NCBI GenBank assembly: GCA_019187185.1
Contig: JABAQU010000015.1
Location: 105,665-169,664 of the forward strand
DNA from: Steroidobacteraceae bacterium
GTDB lineage: Bacteria > Pseudomonadota > Gammaproteobacteria > Steroidobacterales > Steroidobacteraceae
Length of the DNA: 64,000 bases
Direction of reading: 5' to 3'
Shown: piece by piece, positions 25,292-34,525 of the stretch
Layout: the number at the start of each line of letters is the position of its first letter
Position numbering within the stretch: the stretch's first letter is position 1
Notes under the pieces: generated by a model
The model's input: the letters and a program-made list of their open reading frames with translations, nothing else
Databases searched by the model: none
What the model was told of the DNA's origin: nothing
Translations under genes and position numbers: made by a program

Positions 25292-26455
25292 ATGGACCTG
25301 AAATTTACCGACGAACAACGGATGTTGCGGGAAACCACCCGCGATCTGTGCGTGGCCAGCTGCGGCATGGACGTGGTCCGCAAGGTGGAGAACGATCCAT
25401 CCGGAGTGCCGCAAGCGCTCTGGCAGAACATGAAGGAAATGGGTCTCACCGGGATCCTCGTGCCGCAGGAGTTCGACGGCATGGGGCTCGCGATGCTGGA
25501 CTGCGCCGTCATCTACGAGGAATTCGGTCGCGCGCTCGTGCCGGGGCCGCATTTCCCGAGTGCCGTCGTCAGCGTCCTCGCGATCCGCCGGGCGGGCGAC
25601 GCCGCGCAGCAGAAGGCGCTCCTGCCCGGCATCGGCAGCGGCGAGCACATCGTCGTCCCGGCCTGGCTCGAACCGGACGGCGGCTACGGGCCGCAGGGTG
25701 TGCAGCTCACGGCAACTGCCGTGAAGGGCGGCTTCAGCCTGCGCGGCGTGAAGCGCCATGTATTCTGCGCGAAGGCGGCACAGCAGCTGCTCGTCCTCGC
25801 ACGCACCGGTACGGGGGCCGAGGATGTCGACCTGTTCCTCGTCGATACGACGGCGAAGGGCGTGACGCTCGAGCAGCAGAAGTCGATGGCGTCGGATACG
25901 CAGTATCGCGTCACGTTCGACGACGTCGTCGTGCCGCAGGCACAGCGCCTCGGTGCCGCGGGCAGCGGCTGGAAGCACTGGTCGGATGCGATGCACGAAG
26001 CCATCATCCTGCTCGGTGCCTATGCGGCCGGCGGGGCGGAGCGCGCGCTCGAGATCACGGTGCAGTATTCCAAGGACCGCCAGCAGTTCGGCAAGCCGAT
26101 CGGCGCGTTCCAGGCGCTGGCGCACTACATGGCCGATGCGGCGCCGGTCGTGGAAGGTGCGAAGGTGCTGGTGTACGAGGCGGCCTGGGCGCACGCCAAC
26201 GGGCGCGACATCCGCCGGCTCGCCCCGATGGCGAAACTCTTCGGCTGCAAGACCTTTCGCGATGTCACGCACATGGCGCAGCAGGTGCACGGCGGCATCG
26301 GCTTCACGCTCGACTACGACATCCAGCTCTACTACCGGCGCGCCAAGCAGCTGCAGCTGAACTGGTGGGATTCCCGCTATCTCGAGGGTCTGATCGCGAT
26401 CGACGTGCTGGACCGGGGGCTGCCGCGGACGATCCCGGATCCGTTTGCGCCATGA
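25292..26455 (+). CDS. acyl-CoA dehydrogenase
   Basis: 387 aa. MDLKFTDEQRMLRE, QFGKPIGAFQALAH, HGGIGFTLDYDIQLYYRRAK. Confidence 0.9.
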   Translation: MDLKFTDEQRMLRETTRDLCVASCGMDVVRKVENDPSGVPQALWQNMKEMGLTGILVPQEFDGMGLAMLDCAVIYEEFGRALVPGPHFPSAVVSVLAIRRAGDAAQQKALLPGIGSGEHIVVPAWLEPDGGYGPQGVQLTATAVKGGFSLRGVKRHVFCAKAAQQLLVLARTGTGAEDVDLFLVDTTAKGVTLEQQKSMASDTQYRVTFDDVVVPQAQRLGAAGSGWKHWSDAMHEAIILLGAYAAGGAERALEITVQYSKDRQQFGKPIGAFQALAHYMADAAPVVEGAKVLVYEAAWAHANGRDIRRLAPMAKLFGCKTFRDVTHMAQQVHGGIGFTLDYDIQLYYRRAKQLQLNWWDSRYLEGLIAIDVLDRGLPRTIPDPFAP

Positions 26456-27669
26456 CGCCACCCGGCGCCGGCGCCCTGGCCGGCATCAAGGTGCTCGATT
26501 TCGGTCAGATGGTGTCGGGGCCCTTCTGCGCGAAGCTCTTCGGCGACTTCGGTGCCGACGTGATCAAGGTGGAGCCGCCGGCGGGCGATGCGGCGCGACG
26601 CGCGGGTCCGTTCCCGGGTGACATCGCGCATCCCGAAAAGAGTGGCCTGTTCTTCGTCAACAACACCAACAAGCGCGGGGTGACCTGCGACGTGACGACC
26701 GCGGACGGGCGGGCACGCTTCCTGCAGCTGCTGCGCTGGGCCGACGTGCTGATCGAGAACAACCTGCCGCAGCAGATGCGGGTATGGAACCTCGAGTACG
26801 AGCAGCTGAGGGCGGTGAATCCGGACCTCGTGATGATCTCCATCACGCCGTTCGGCCAGACCGGACCCTACAGCGGCTGGAACGGCTACGACCTGAACGC
26901 TTTCCACCTCTCCGGCGCGAGTTCGCGCTACTGCGGCCGGCCGGGCGAGATGCCGCTCGAGCACGGCACGTTCTCGGCCGACTACTTCGGCGCGGCCGCG
27001 GGTGCGGCCTGGGGGCTCGCTGCAGTGTACGGTCGTGCGATCGCCGGGGGTCAGCAGGTCGATGTCTCCTGCGCCGAGGCGATCGCGGCCGCGTTCGTCG
27101 GCGGCCAGAACATCGGGCTCGTGGCGCAGGAGGGCCGCTTCGACAAGCGCACCGGTGTCGGCATGCCGCTCGGTGCGCCGGCGACCATCGTGGCGTGCAA
27201 GGACGGTCACGTGTGGATGCTCGCGCTCGAGCGTGGCCAGTGGGAGGGACTCTGCAGGGTGATGGGTGATCCCGAGTGGGCGCGCCTCGAGATGTTCAAC
27301 GACATGTACGTGCGCGCGCAGAACGCCGACATCATGTATTCCTTCATCGAGGAATGGACCGCGCAGCACACGAAGATGGAAATCATGGAGAAGTGCCAGG
27401 CGGCGGGCTGCCCGATCACCGCCGTGTTCACCATTGCGGAAGTGGCGGCGCAGCCGCACCTCGCGGCGCGCGACTATTTCGTCGACATCGAGCATCCGGA
27501 TCTCGGGCGCCTGCGCAATCTCGGGGCGCCTTTCAGGTTGCCGGCGAGTCCCGGAGGACCGGCGCGTCCGGCGCCCCGCCTCGGCGAGCACAATGCCGAG
27601 GTGTTCGCGGCGCTGCCGACCCCGGTCCCGACCCGACCGGCGGCGTCGCAGTGCGGTGCCGGCCACTGA
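26452..27669 (+). CDS. family III (CaiB/BaiF) CoA-transferase
   Basis: 405 aa from ATG 26452, with ATGA overlap. IKVLDFGQMVSGPFCAKLFGDFGADVIKVEPP, FGQTGPYSGWNGYD. Confidence 0.9.
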   Translation: MTPPGAGALAGIKVLDFGQMVSGPFCAKLFGDFGADVIKVEPPAGDAARRAGPFPGDIAHPEKSGLFFVNNTNKRGVTCDVTTADGRARFLQLLRWADVLIENNLPQQMRVWNLEYEQLRAVNPDLVMISITPFGQTGPYSGWNGYDLNAFHLSGASSRYCGRPGEMPLEHGTFSADYFGAAAGAAWGLAAVYGRAIAGGQQVDVSCAEAIAAAFVGGQNIGLVAQEGRFDKRTGVGMPLGAPATIVACKDGHVWMLALERGQWEGLCRVMGDPEWARLEMFNDMYVRAQNADIMYSFIEEWTAQHTKMEIMEKCQAAGCPITAVFTIAEVAAQPHLAARDYFVDIEHPDLGRLRNLGAPFRLPASPGGPARPAPRLGEHNAEVFAALPTPVPTRPAASQCGAGH

Positions 27670-27694
27670 GCCGTCTGCGAAGGATCACGATCAC

Positions 27695-28915
27695 ATGAGC
27701 AAGGCGCGGCCGCTCACGGGCATCAGGGTCATCAACCTCGGCTGGGTCTGGGCCGGGCCGGTCGTCGGCCAGACGCTCGCGTTCCTCGGCGCAGATGTCC
27801 TGAAGGTCGAATCGCGCCAGCGGATCGACATGCTGCGCACGCTGCCGCCGTTTGCCGAAGGCATTCCGGGTCCCGACCGCAGCCTGTCGAACCACGCCTG
27901 CTGGGCGGGCAACGGCTCCATTTCCCTGAACCTGAAGGAGCGCGAGGCGCGTCAACTCGTGCTCGAACTGATCGCGCAATCGGATGTCGTCGTCGAGAAC
28001 TTCGGCCCGGGCGTGCTCGACAAGATGGATCTCGGCTACGCGGAGCTGTGCCGCGCGAAGCCCGACATCGTCCTGCTGTCGATGCCCGCCGCAGGGCTCA
28101 CGGGCCCGCTCGCGCATGTGCGTACCTATGGCCTCAGCCTCACCTCGCTCACCGGACTCGACAGCCTGGTCGGCTACAAGGGCGGCGGTCCGGTTCCGTT
28201 CGAGAACGCCTTCGCCGACCCGATGGCAGGCATCTTCGCTGCATTCGCGGTCATCGTCGCGCTGCATCACCGGCGCAATACCGGCGTCGGTCAGCATGTG
28301 GATTTCTCGCAGCAGGAAGCGGTCCTGCAGATGCTCGGACCGGCCTACATGGACTACGTGCTGAACGGTCGTGTCGGCGGGCCGAAGAGCAATGAACATC
28401 CGGTGGCGATGTGCGCGCCGCATTCGGTCTTCCCGTGTCTCGGCGACGATCGCTGGATCAGCATCGCGGTGCAGACGGAGGAGGAGTGGGCGGGACTGGT
28501 GCGCGCGATGGGCGAACCGTCGTGGGCGCTCGCGGGCGAATTCTCCGGTATGGCCGCGCGCGTCGCGAACATCGATGCGTTGCACGCGCGCATCGCCGCA
28601 TGGACCGCGCAGTTCGACGACCGGGCGCTCGCGGAGACGCTGCAGCGCCATGGAGTGGCGGCGGCGCCGGTGCTGAACGTGGGCGACCTGCTTCACGATC
28701 CGCATTTCGCCGCGCGCGGGACATTCGTCGAAGTCGAACATCCGCTCGGCTTCCGCGAAACGATCTACGGGCCCTACGTCAAGCTGAGCGGCACGCCGGC
28801 GCAGGTGCGCACCGGCCCGATGATCGGGCAGGACAACGAGCGGGCCTTCCGCGGTATTCTCGGTCTGAGTGAGGAGCGCTATCGTGACCTCATCGACCGC
28901 AAAGTCATCTATTGA
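27695..28915 (+). CDS. family III CoA-transferase paralogue with Gly at the conserved catalytic-Asp position
   Basis: 406 aa from ATG 27695. IRVINLGWVWAGPVVGQTLAFLGADVLKVES. The segment aligned to ...GYD... reads VRTYGLSLTSLTG. Confidence 0.85.
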   Translation: MSKARPLTGIRVINLGWVWAGPVVGQTLAFLGADVLKVESRQRIDMLRTLPPFAEGIPGPDRSLSNHACWAGNGSISLNLKEREARQLVLELIAQSDVVVENFGPGVLDKMDLGYAELCRAKPDIVLLSMPAAGLTGPLAHVRTYGLSLTSLTGLDSLVGYKGGGPVPFENAFADPMAGIFAAFAVIVALHHRRNTGVGQHVDFSQQEAVLQMLGPAYMDYVLNGRVGGPKSNEHPVAMCAPHSVFPCLGDDRWISIAVQTEEEWAGLVRAMGEPSWALAGEFSGMAARVANIDALHARIAAWTAQFDDRALAETLQRHGVAAAPVLNVGDLLHDPHFAARGTFVEVEHPLGFRETIYGPYVKLSGTPAQVRTGPMIGQDNERAFRGILGLSEERYRDLIDRKVIY

Positions 28916-28957
28916 GCCAGGCGCCGACCGGCGCGCGCGACCAACGAGTGAGCTGCC

Positions 28958-29788
28958 ATGACCGACGAACTCAAGACCCTGCGTTACGCCCTCGAGGACA
29001 ACGTCGGGATCATCACGCTGAATCGTCCGGAGAAGCTGAATGCCGCGAGCTGGCAGCTGGCTGAGGAGCTGTCTGGGCTGCTGTACCGGCTGCGCTTCGA
29101 CGACTCGGTGCGTGCGATCGTGCTCACCGGCGCGGGCCGCGCCTTCTGCGCGGGGGGCGACGTGGAGTTCATTTCGGGCGAGGGTGAGCACGCGATGCCC
29201 GGTACGTCGGATGCGTCGCGTCCGATTCCGCGCTGGCAGAGGAAGACGCCGGGCGGCTACTTCTTCGACGTGGCGCGGCAGCTGATCGCGGTCGACAAGC
29301 CGGTGATCGCGGCGATCCACGGCCACGCGGTCGGCGCCGGCCTCGCCTTTGCGCTCGCCTGCGACCGGCGCTTCGGCGACACGACGACAAAAATGAGCGC
29401 GATCTTCACGAGCATCGGCGTGGCGCCCGACTGCGGCCTGTCGTATTTCCTGCCGCGCATCGTCGGCATCCCGAAGGCGCTGATGATGGTCGAGACGGCA
29501 CGGATCTTCAAGGCGGAGGAGTGCCGCGAACTCGGACTGATCGACGAACTCGTGCCGGAAGGCAAGAGCCTCGAGACGGCGCTCGAGTACGCGAAGATGA
29601 TCGCGAAGCGGGCGAGCACCGCGGTGGAGATGGGACGTCGGCTGATCCACATGTCGCTGCAGCACAACCTCGAGCAGATGCTCGATTACGAAGGACACTA
29701 TGGCGTGGCAGTGGCCTCCACGGCCGACGCCAAGGAAGGCACGATGGCCTTCCTCGAGAAGCGCAAGCCCCAGTTCCGGGGCACCTGA
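28958..29788 (+). CDS. enoyl-CoA hydratase/isomerase (crotonase)
   Basis: 276 aa. GIITLNRPEKLNA, FCAGGDV, VIAAIHGHAVGAGLAFALACD, EGTMAFLEKRKPQFRG. Confidence 0.9.
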   Translation: MTDELKTLRYALEDNVGIITLNRPEKLNAASWQLAEELSGLLYRLRFDDSVRAIVLTGAGRAFCAGGDVEFISGEGEHAMPGTSDASRPIPRWQRKTPGGYFFDVARQLIAVDKPVIAAIHGHAVGAGLAFALACDRRFGDTTTKMSAIFTSIGVAPDCGLSYFLPRIVGIPKALMMVETARIFKAEECRELGLIDELVPEGKSLETALEYAKMIAKRASTAVEMGRRLIHMSLQHNLEQMLDYEGHYGVAVASTADAKEGTMAFLEKRKPQFRGT

Positions 29789-29811
29789 GCCGAGCCGGCC
29801 GGAGCAATCAC

Positions 29812-31074
29812 ATGCCTGCGAGAAAAGCACCTGCCACGCCGCTCGAGGGTCTGCGCGTCCTCGACGTGTCGACGATGCTGGCGGGACCCTATGGAGCGAC
29901 GCTGCTCGGCGATCTCGGCGCGGACGTCATCAAGGTCGAATCGCACCTGGGCGACGACAGCCGCCGGCTCGGTGCAATGCGGGATGGCGAATGCGGACCG
30001 TTCCTCAGCCTGAATCGCAACAAGCGCGCGGTCGTGATCGACATGCAGCAGCCGCAGGGCCAGGACGTCTTCGCACGCCTCGTGGCGACGACCGACGTGC
30101 TGATCACGAACGTGCGCGAGCCGGCGCTCAGCAAGCTCGGGCTGAACTACGATCAGGTGCGCGCACACCGCCCGGACATCGTGTGGATCGGCGTCACGGC
30201 CTTCGGGCCCGACGGGCCCTACGCAGGACGACCCGGAATCGACTTCCTGACGCAGGGCTACTGCGGGGTGCTCGGGTTGAACGGCGATCCCAAGGGCGGG
30301 CCCGTGCGCACCGGCTTCCCGGCCGTCGACGTGATCACCTCGCTCCTCGTCAGCAATGCCGCGCTCGCGGCGCTGCGGGTCCGCGACCGCACGGGCGAGG
30401 GCCAGCGCATCGAGGTATCGCTGCTGGATGCGCTGATGCACGCGCAGGCGAGCTCCATCGGCAGCTATCTCGCGACCGGCGAGCCCCCGAAGCGGACCGG
30501 CAACCGCAGCCAGTATTTCGCGCCATCGGGCGTCTATCCGACGAAGGATGGCCGCTTCGTGATCATCACGACGCCGAGCGAGAAATTCTTCGGCCATGTC
30601 TGCCGCGCGCTCGATGCCGACTGGGACCGCGATCCGCGGTTCCACGACATCGCGTCACGCCTCGCGAATCACGACGAGCTGGATCGCGTGATGTCCGAAC
30701 GCACGCGCCAGTTCGACCGGGACGAACTCGTCGAGCGCCTGATCGCCGCCGACGTGCTCACCGCGCCGATCAACGACGTCGAAGACGTCGTGAAGGACCC
30801 GCAGATCCGGCACAACCGGATGATCGTGCGCCTCGAGCATCCGTTGCTCGGCCATGTCGACGTCACGGGCGTGCCGATCCGTTTCTACGGCACGCCGTGC
30901 AGTGTCACGAAGCATCCGCCGATGCAGGGCGAGCACACGCGCGAACTGCTCGCGAGCCTCGGCTACGGCGAAGCGGAAGTCGAGCGGTTGATCACGGCCG
31001 GCGTGACAGCCGACCGGCCGGAGATGTTGCGCCGGCGCGCGGAGAAAAAGGCGCGCCGACAGCCCGCCGGGTAG
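29812..31074 (+). CDS. family III (CaiB/BaiF) CoA-transferase
   Basis: 420 aa from ATG 29812. LRVLDVSTMLAGPYGATLLGDLGADVIKVES, FGPDGPYAGRPGID. Confidence 0.9.
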   Translation: MPARKAPATPLEGLRVLDVSTMLAGPYGATLLGDLGADVIKVESHLGDDSRRLGAMRDGECGPFLSLNRNKRAVVIDMQQPQGQDVFARLVATTDVLITNVREPALSKLGLNYDQVRAHRPDIVWIGVTAFGPDGPYAGRPGIDFLTQGYCGVLGLNGDPKGGPVRTGFPAVDVITSLLVSNAALAALRVRDRTGEGQRIEVSLLDALMHAQASSIGSYLATGEPPKRTGNRSQYFAPSGVYPTKDGRFVIITTPSEKFFGHVCRALDADWDRDPRFHDIASRLANHDELDRVMSERTRQFDRDELVERLIAADVLTAPINDVEDVVKDPQIRHNRMIVRLEHPLLGHVDVTGVPIRFYGTPCSVTKHPPMQGEHTRELLASLGYGEAEVERLITAGVTADRPEMLRRRAEKKARRQPAG

Positions 31075-31183
31075 TCCGGATGCAGGATGGCGAAATGCAC
31101 CCGGTCGGAGATCATTCCGCTGACGCTGCTACGATGCGTCCCGGCCGACAGGCCTGAATCGTTCGAACGCGCGAGGCACCGAG

Positions 31184-32368
31184 ATGGGTCGCATCCTCCA
31201 TGACGTGACAGTGCTCGATCTGACCCGGCAATTCTGCACCGCGCTGTCTGGTGCGTTCCTGGCGGACTTCGGCGCACGCGTCATTCGTGTCGATCTGCTG
31301 CCGAGCGCCGGGCCCGAGCCGACCGGCCGCTGGAACCACGAAGCGGACCTGATCCACCGCAACAAGCTGTCGGTCGCGATCAACGCGAGCACCCCACGAG
31401 GTCGCGAGGTGTTCGCGGCGCTCGCGGCCAAGGTCGACGTGATCCTCACCGACTGGCAGCGCGATGAACTCGCCGCACTCGGAGTCGACTACGCCAAAGT
31501 GAGCGGCACGCGCCCCGATGTCATCTTCGCGCGCCTCTCGGGCTTCGGGCCCAAGGGTCCGGACCAGGACCTGCCGGTCATCGACGAACTCGCGGCAGCG
31601 CGCACGGGCGCAATGCCCATCCTGCCGCAACCAGGCCAGCCCCCCGTGTACACCGGCGCCGGCGCGATGCACGCCACCGGGATGCTGGCGTTCGGCATTC
31701 TCACCGCGCTCCTGCACCGGATGCAGAGCGGCGAGGGGCAGGAGGTCGATGTCTCGCTCTTTGGCGCGAACATGTACAGCTCGGCGCTCGACCTGCAGGC
31801 ATTCCTGGCCATAGGCCACGGCGATCGCCTGCTGAATCCGATCTCGCGGCTCGATGTGTCGAACCCGATGTCGGGTTCCGTCTACCGCAGCGCCGACGGC
31901 CGCTGGGTCACGCTGACGATGCCCGACACCGATCGCTGGTGGCCGGCCTTTTCCGCGATGGTCGGCCTCGATGCGAACGACGCCCGGTTCGATACGCACG
32001 AGAAGCGCACGGCCGTGAATCGCCTGGCGCTCATCGGCGAGCTCGAGGAGCGCTTCAGCCGCCGGCCCGCCGGCGAGTGGCGCCGGATGTTCCAGGAAAA
32101 GCAGCTCTCGGCCGACATCATCGAGCAGTTCGACTATCCGGCGCACGATCCGGCCGCGTATGCCAACCGCTATATCATGGAGCTCGATCATCCGAGCTTC
32201 GGCAAGGTGAAGACCCTCGGCTTCCCGATCTGGGCGAGTGACAGCCCGGCCCGGCTCGAGAGTCTCGCGCCGTGCGCCGGGCAGCACACGGACCAGGTAC
32301 TGCACGAGCTGCTCGGCTATTCGCGCGAGACGCTGCACGAACTCGTCGATGCGGGAGTACTGGCATGA
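31184..32368 (+). CDS. family III (CaiB/BaiF) CoA-transferase
   Basis: 394 aa. VTVLDLTRQFCTALSGAFLADFGARVIRVD, SGFGPKGPDQDLPVID. Confidence 0.85.
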   Translation: MGRILHDVTVLDLTRQFCTALSGAFLADFGARVIRVDLLPSAGPEPTGRWNHEADLIHRNKLSVAINASTPRGREVFAALAAKVDVILTDWQRDELAALGVDYAKVSGTRPDVIFARLSGFGPKGPDQDLPVIDELAAARTGAMPILPQPGQPPVYTGAGAMHATGMLAFGILTALLHRMQSGEGQEVDVSLFGANMYSSALDLQAFLAIGHGDRLLNPISRLDVSNPMSGSVYRSADGRWVTLTMPDTDRWWPAFSAMVGLDANDARFDTHEKRTAVNRLALIGELEERFSRRPAGEWRRMFQEKQLSADIIEQFDYPAHDPAAYANRYIMELDHPSFGKVKTLGFPIWASDSPARLESLAPCAGQHTDQVLHELLGYSRETLHELVDAGVLA

Positions 32369-33573
32369 GCAAGGCGCTCGAGGGCGTTCGCGTCATCGAT
32401 CTCACGGTGTGGTTCCAGGGGCCGGTATCCGCCCAGTACCTCGCGGACTTCGGCGCCGACGTCATCAAGGTGGAGCGGCCGCAGGGCGGGGACCAGGCGC
32501 GGGGAGTGCGCAGCATCAAGTCGCTCGAGATCGGCGACTGGAATCAGTACTTCCTCGTCATCAACCGCAACAAGAAGAGCATCGCGATCGACCTGAAGAA
32601 GCCGGAGGGGCAGGAGATCCTGTACCGGCTCGTCGAGAAATCGGATGTCTTCCTGAGCAACCTCGCGCCGGAGATGCTCGCGGCCTGGAACCTGACGTAC
32701 GAGAAGCTGTCCTCGATCAATCCGAAGCTCGTGTACGCGACGAACACGGGCTACGGCCGGTTCAGCAAGGTCTCGAAGCCCTCGTTCGACATGACGGTGC
32801 AGGCACTCACCGGGATCATGGCGCGCCTCGGCGAGCCGGGGCAGCCGCCGATCTACCTGGGCATGGGTTCGGGCGACGCGTACGGTGGCATCATGTCGGC
32901 GCTCGGCATACTGCTCGCGCTGTACGAGTGCCGGCGCACCGGCAAGGGACAGAGCATCGACGCGTCGCTTTATGGCGCGCAGCTGTATCTCGCCGCGCCG
33001 CATCTGCAGGCCTACCTCGCCGGCCACGAATCGAGCGCGCTGCAGCACTCGCGCCGGCAGGTGGAGAATCCGCTGTGGAACCTGTACCCGACGAGCGGCA
33101 AATGGGTCTTTCTCTGCGAACGCAATGAGGACGCGCGGTTTGCGGCGCTGTGCCGCGCGCTGCGCAATCCCGCGGCACTGGCTGATCCACGCTTCGGCAG
33201 CACGGCGCGCCGCCGCGAGAACAACGAGGCACTGATCGCCGCGATCGAGGGCGAGACGCTGAAGTACGGTCACGCGGAACTGATGAAGGCGCTGCAGGGC
33301 GCGGGCATCACCGCGAGTCCCGTGAACAATTTCGCCGACGTCATACGCGACGAGCAGGCGTGGCAGAACGCGTACTTCATGAAGACCTGGTGCGAGGAAG
33401 TGCAGCGCGAGGTCGAGATCCGCGGCCTGCCCGTCACGCTGTCGAAGTCGCCGGGCGAGGTACACAGCCTCGGACCGCAGCTCGGCCAGGACACCGAAAT
33501 CCTGATGATGGATCTGCTCGGCTACGAATGGGAGCAGATCGAGGCGCTCAAGGCGAAGGGCGCGATTCCCTGA
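32365..33573 (+). CDS. family III (CaiB/BaiF) CoA-transferase
   Basis: 402 aa from ATG 32365, with ATGA overlap. VRVIDLTVWFQGPVSAQYLADFGADVIKVERP, TGYGRFSKVSKPSFD. Confidence 0.9.
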   Translation: MSKALEGVRVIDLTVWFQGPVSAQYLADFGADVIKVERPQGGDQARGVRSIKSLEIGDWNQYFLVINRNKKSIAIDLKKPEGQEILYRLVEKSDVFLSNLAPEMLAAWNLTYEKLSSINPKLVYATNTGYGRFSKVSKPSFDMTVQALTGIMARLGEPGQPPIYLGMGSGDAYGGIMSALGILLALYECRRTGKGQSIDASLYGAQLYLAAPHLQAYLAGHESSALQHSRRQVENPLWNLYPTSGKWVFLCERNEDARFAALCRALRNPAALADPRFGSTARRRENNEALIAAIEGETLKYGHAELMKALQGAGITASPVNNFADVIRDEQAWQNAYFMKTWCEEVQREVEIRGLPVTLSKSPGEVHSLGPQLGQDTEILMMDLLGYEWEQIEALKAKGAIP

Positions 33574-33595
33574 GCCGATGCAAGAGGTGAAACCC

Positions 33596-34507
33596 ATGAG
33601 TCAATCCAGGTTCAGCGACTGGAGCGCCGTCAGCGGCGACGGTCTCGACGACTTCAAGGAAATCGTCTACGAGAAGCGCCATCACAGGACGCTCGGCGGC
33701 GGTGTTGCGCGCATCGCGATCGACAAGCCCGACAAGATGAACGCGATGACGCTCGCGACGGTGGACGAGATGTTTCGCGCGTTCTATGACGCGAGCCACG
33801 ACCCGTCGATCGGCGTCATCGTGGTCGCGGGCCGCGGCAAGCACTTCGGCGCCGGCGGCGACGTCGTCTGGGAACGTTGGGGCCTGCGCGAGGGCTTCTA
33901 CAACCGCTATCCGCACAACCGGCTGGTCCGCATGTCCCGCAAGCCCGTGATCGCGCAGGTGCAGGGCTACTGCGTCGGCGGCCACAACCACATGGCCTAC
34001 TGCTGTGATTTCACGATCGCGGCCGACAACGCCGTGTTCGCGCAGGCCGGCCCGCGCGTGTCCTCGCCGGCCGACGGCTACTTCGTGCCCTACCTGACCA
34101 AGGTGGTGGGCGCCAAGAGGGCGCGCGAGATCTGGATGCTGTGCCGCAAGTACAAGGCCGCGGATGCGCTCGCGATGGGGCTCGTCAATGCCGTGGTGCC
34201 GCTCGCCGATCTCGAGGCTGAAGTCGAGAAGTGGTGCGAGGAGCTGCTCGAGAAGAGCCCCGGGTGCCTCGAGATCCTGAAGGCCGCATTCGACCAGGAA
34301 CTCGACGGCTACAAGGAGCCGTGCGCCATTTCGGCGGCGCTGTACCCGGACTGGTTCGACATGCCGGAGGGCAAGGAGGGTGGCGCGGCGTTCGTCGAGA
34401 AGCGCCCGGCCCGCTTCTGGGATATCCGCTTGCGCGAGGCACAGATGCGCCAGACGCTGCTCGAGGAATACGAAGCCCTGCAGCAGTCGGGCAAGGCGGC
34501 CGGGTAA
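33596..34507 (+). CDS. MenB/BadI-like crotonase-fold protein (candidate C-C bond-cleaving or ring-cleaving acyl-CoA hydrolase)
   Basis: 303 aa from ATG 33596, with GAGGTG 7 nt upstream; the ORF-track start is 33578. [56 protein letters not shown] closely parallels MenB [56 protein letters not shown] as I recall it. Confidence 0.85.
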   Translation: [303 protein letters not shown]

Positions 34508-34525
34508 TCGGGGAGCGCGCCTGCT

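Noticed and set aside
25348-26451. N-terminal 368 residues of the 773-aa ORF 25348..27669
   Set aside because: This part overlaps the acyl-CoA dehydrogenase in another frame and is Arg/Gly-rich. The CaiB motif begins right after the ATG at 26452, which forms an ATGA overlap with the ACAD stop.
27533-29830. 765-aa ORF on the minus strand
   Set aside because: It lies antisense to a CoA-transferase and a crotonase gene. It has no motifs and an Arg/Ala-rich composition.
33596-34507. Annotating the MenB-like gene as menB (DHNA-CoA synthase)
   Set aside because: No other menaquinone biosynthesis genes are present in the window, and the gene sits inside a CoA-ester catabolic array. The family also includes hydrolases such as BadI. 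The call is left at family level.
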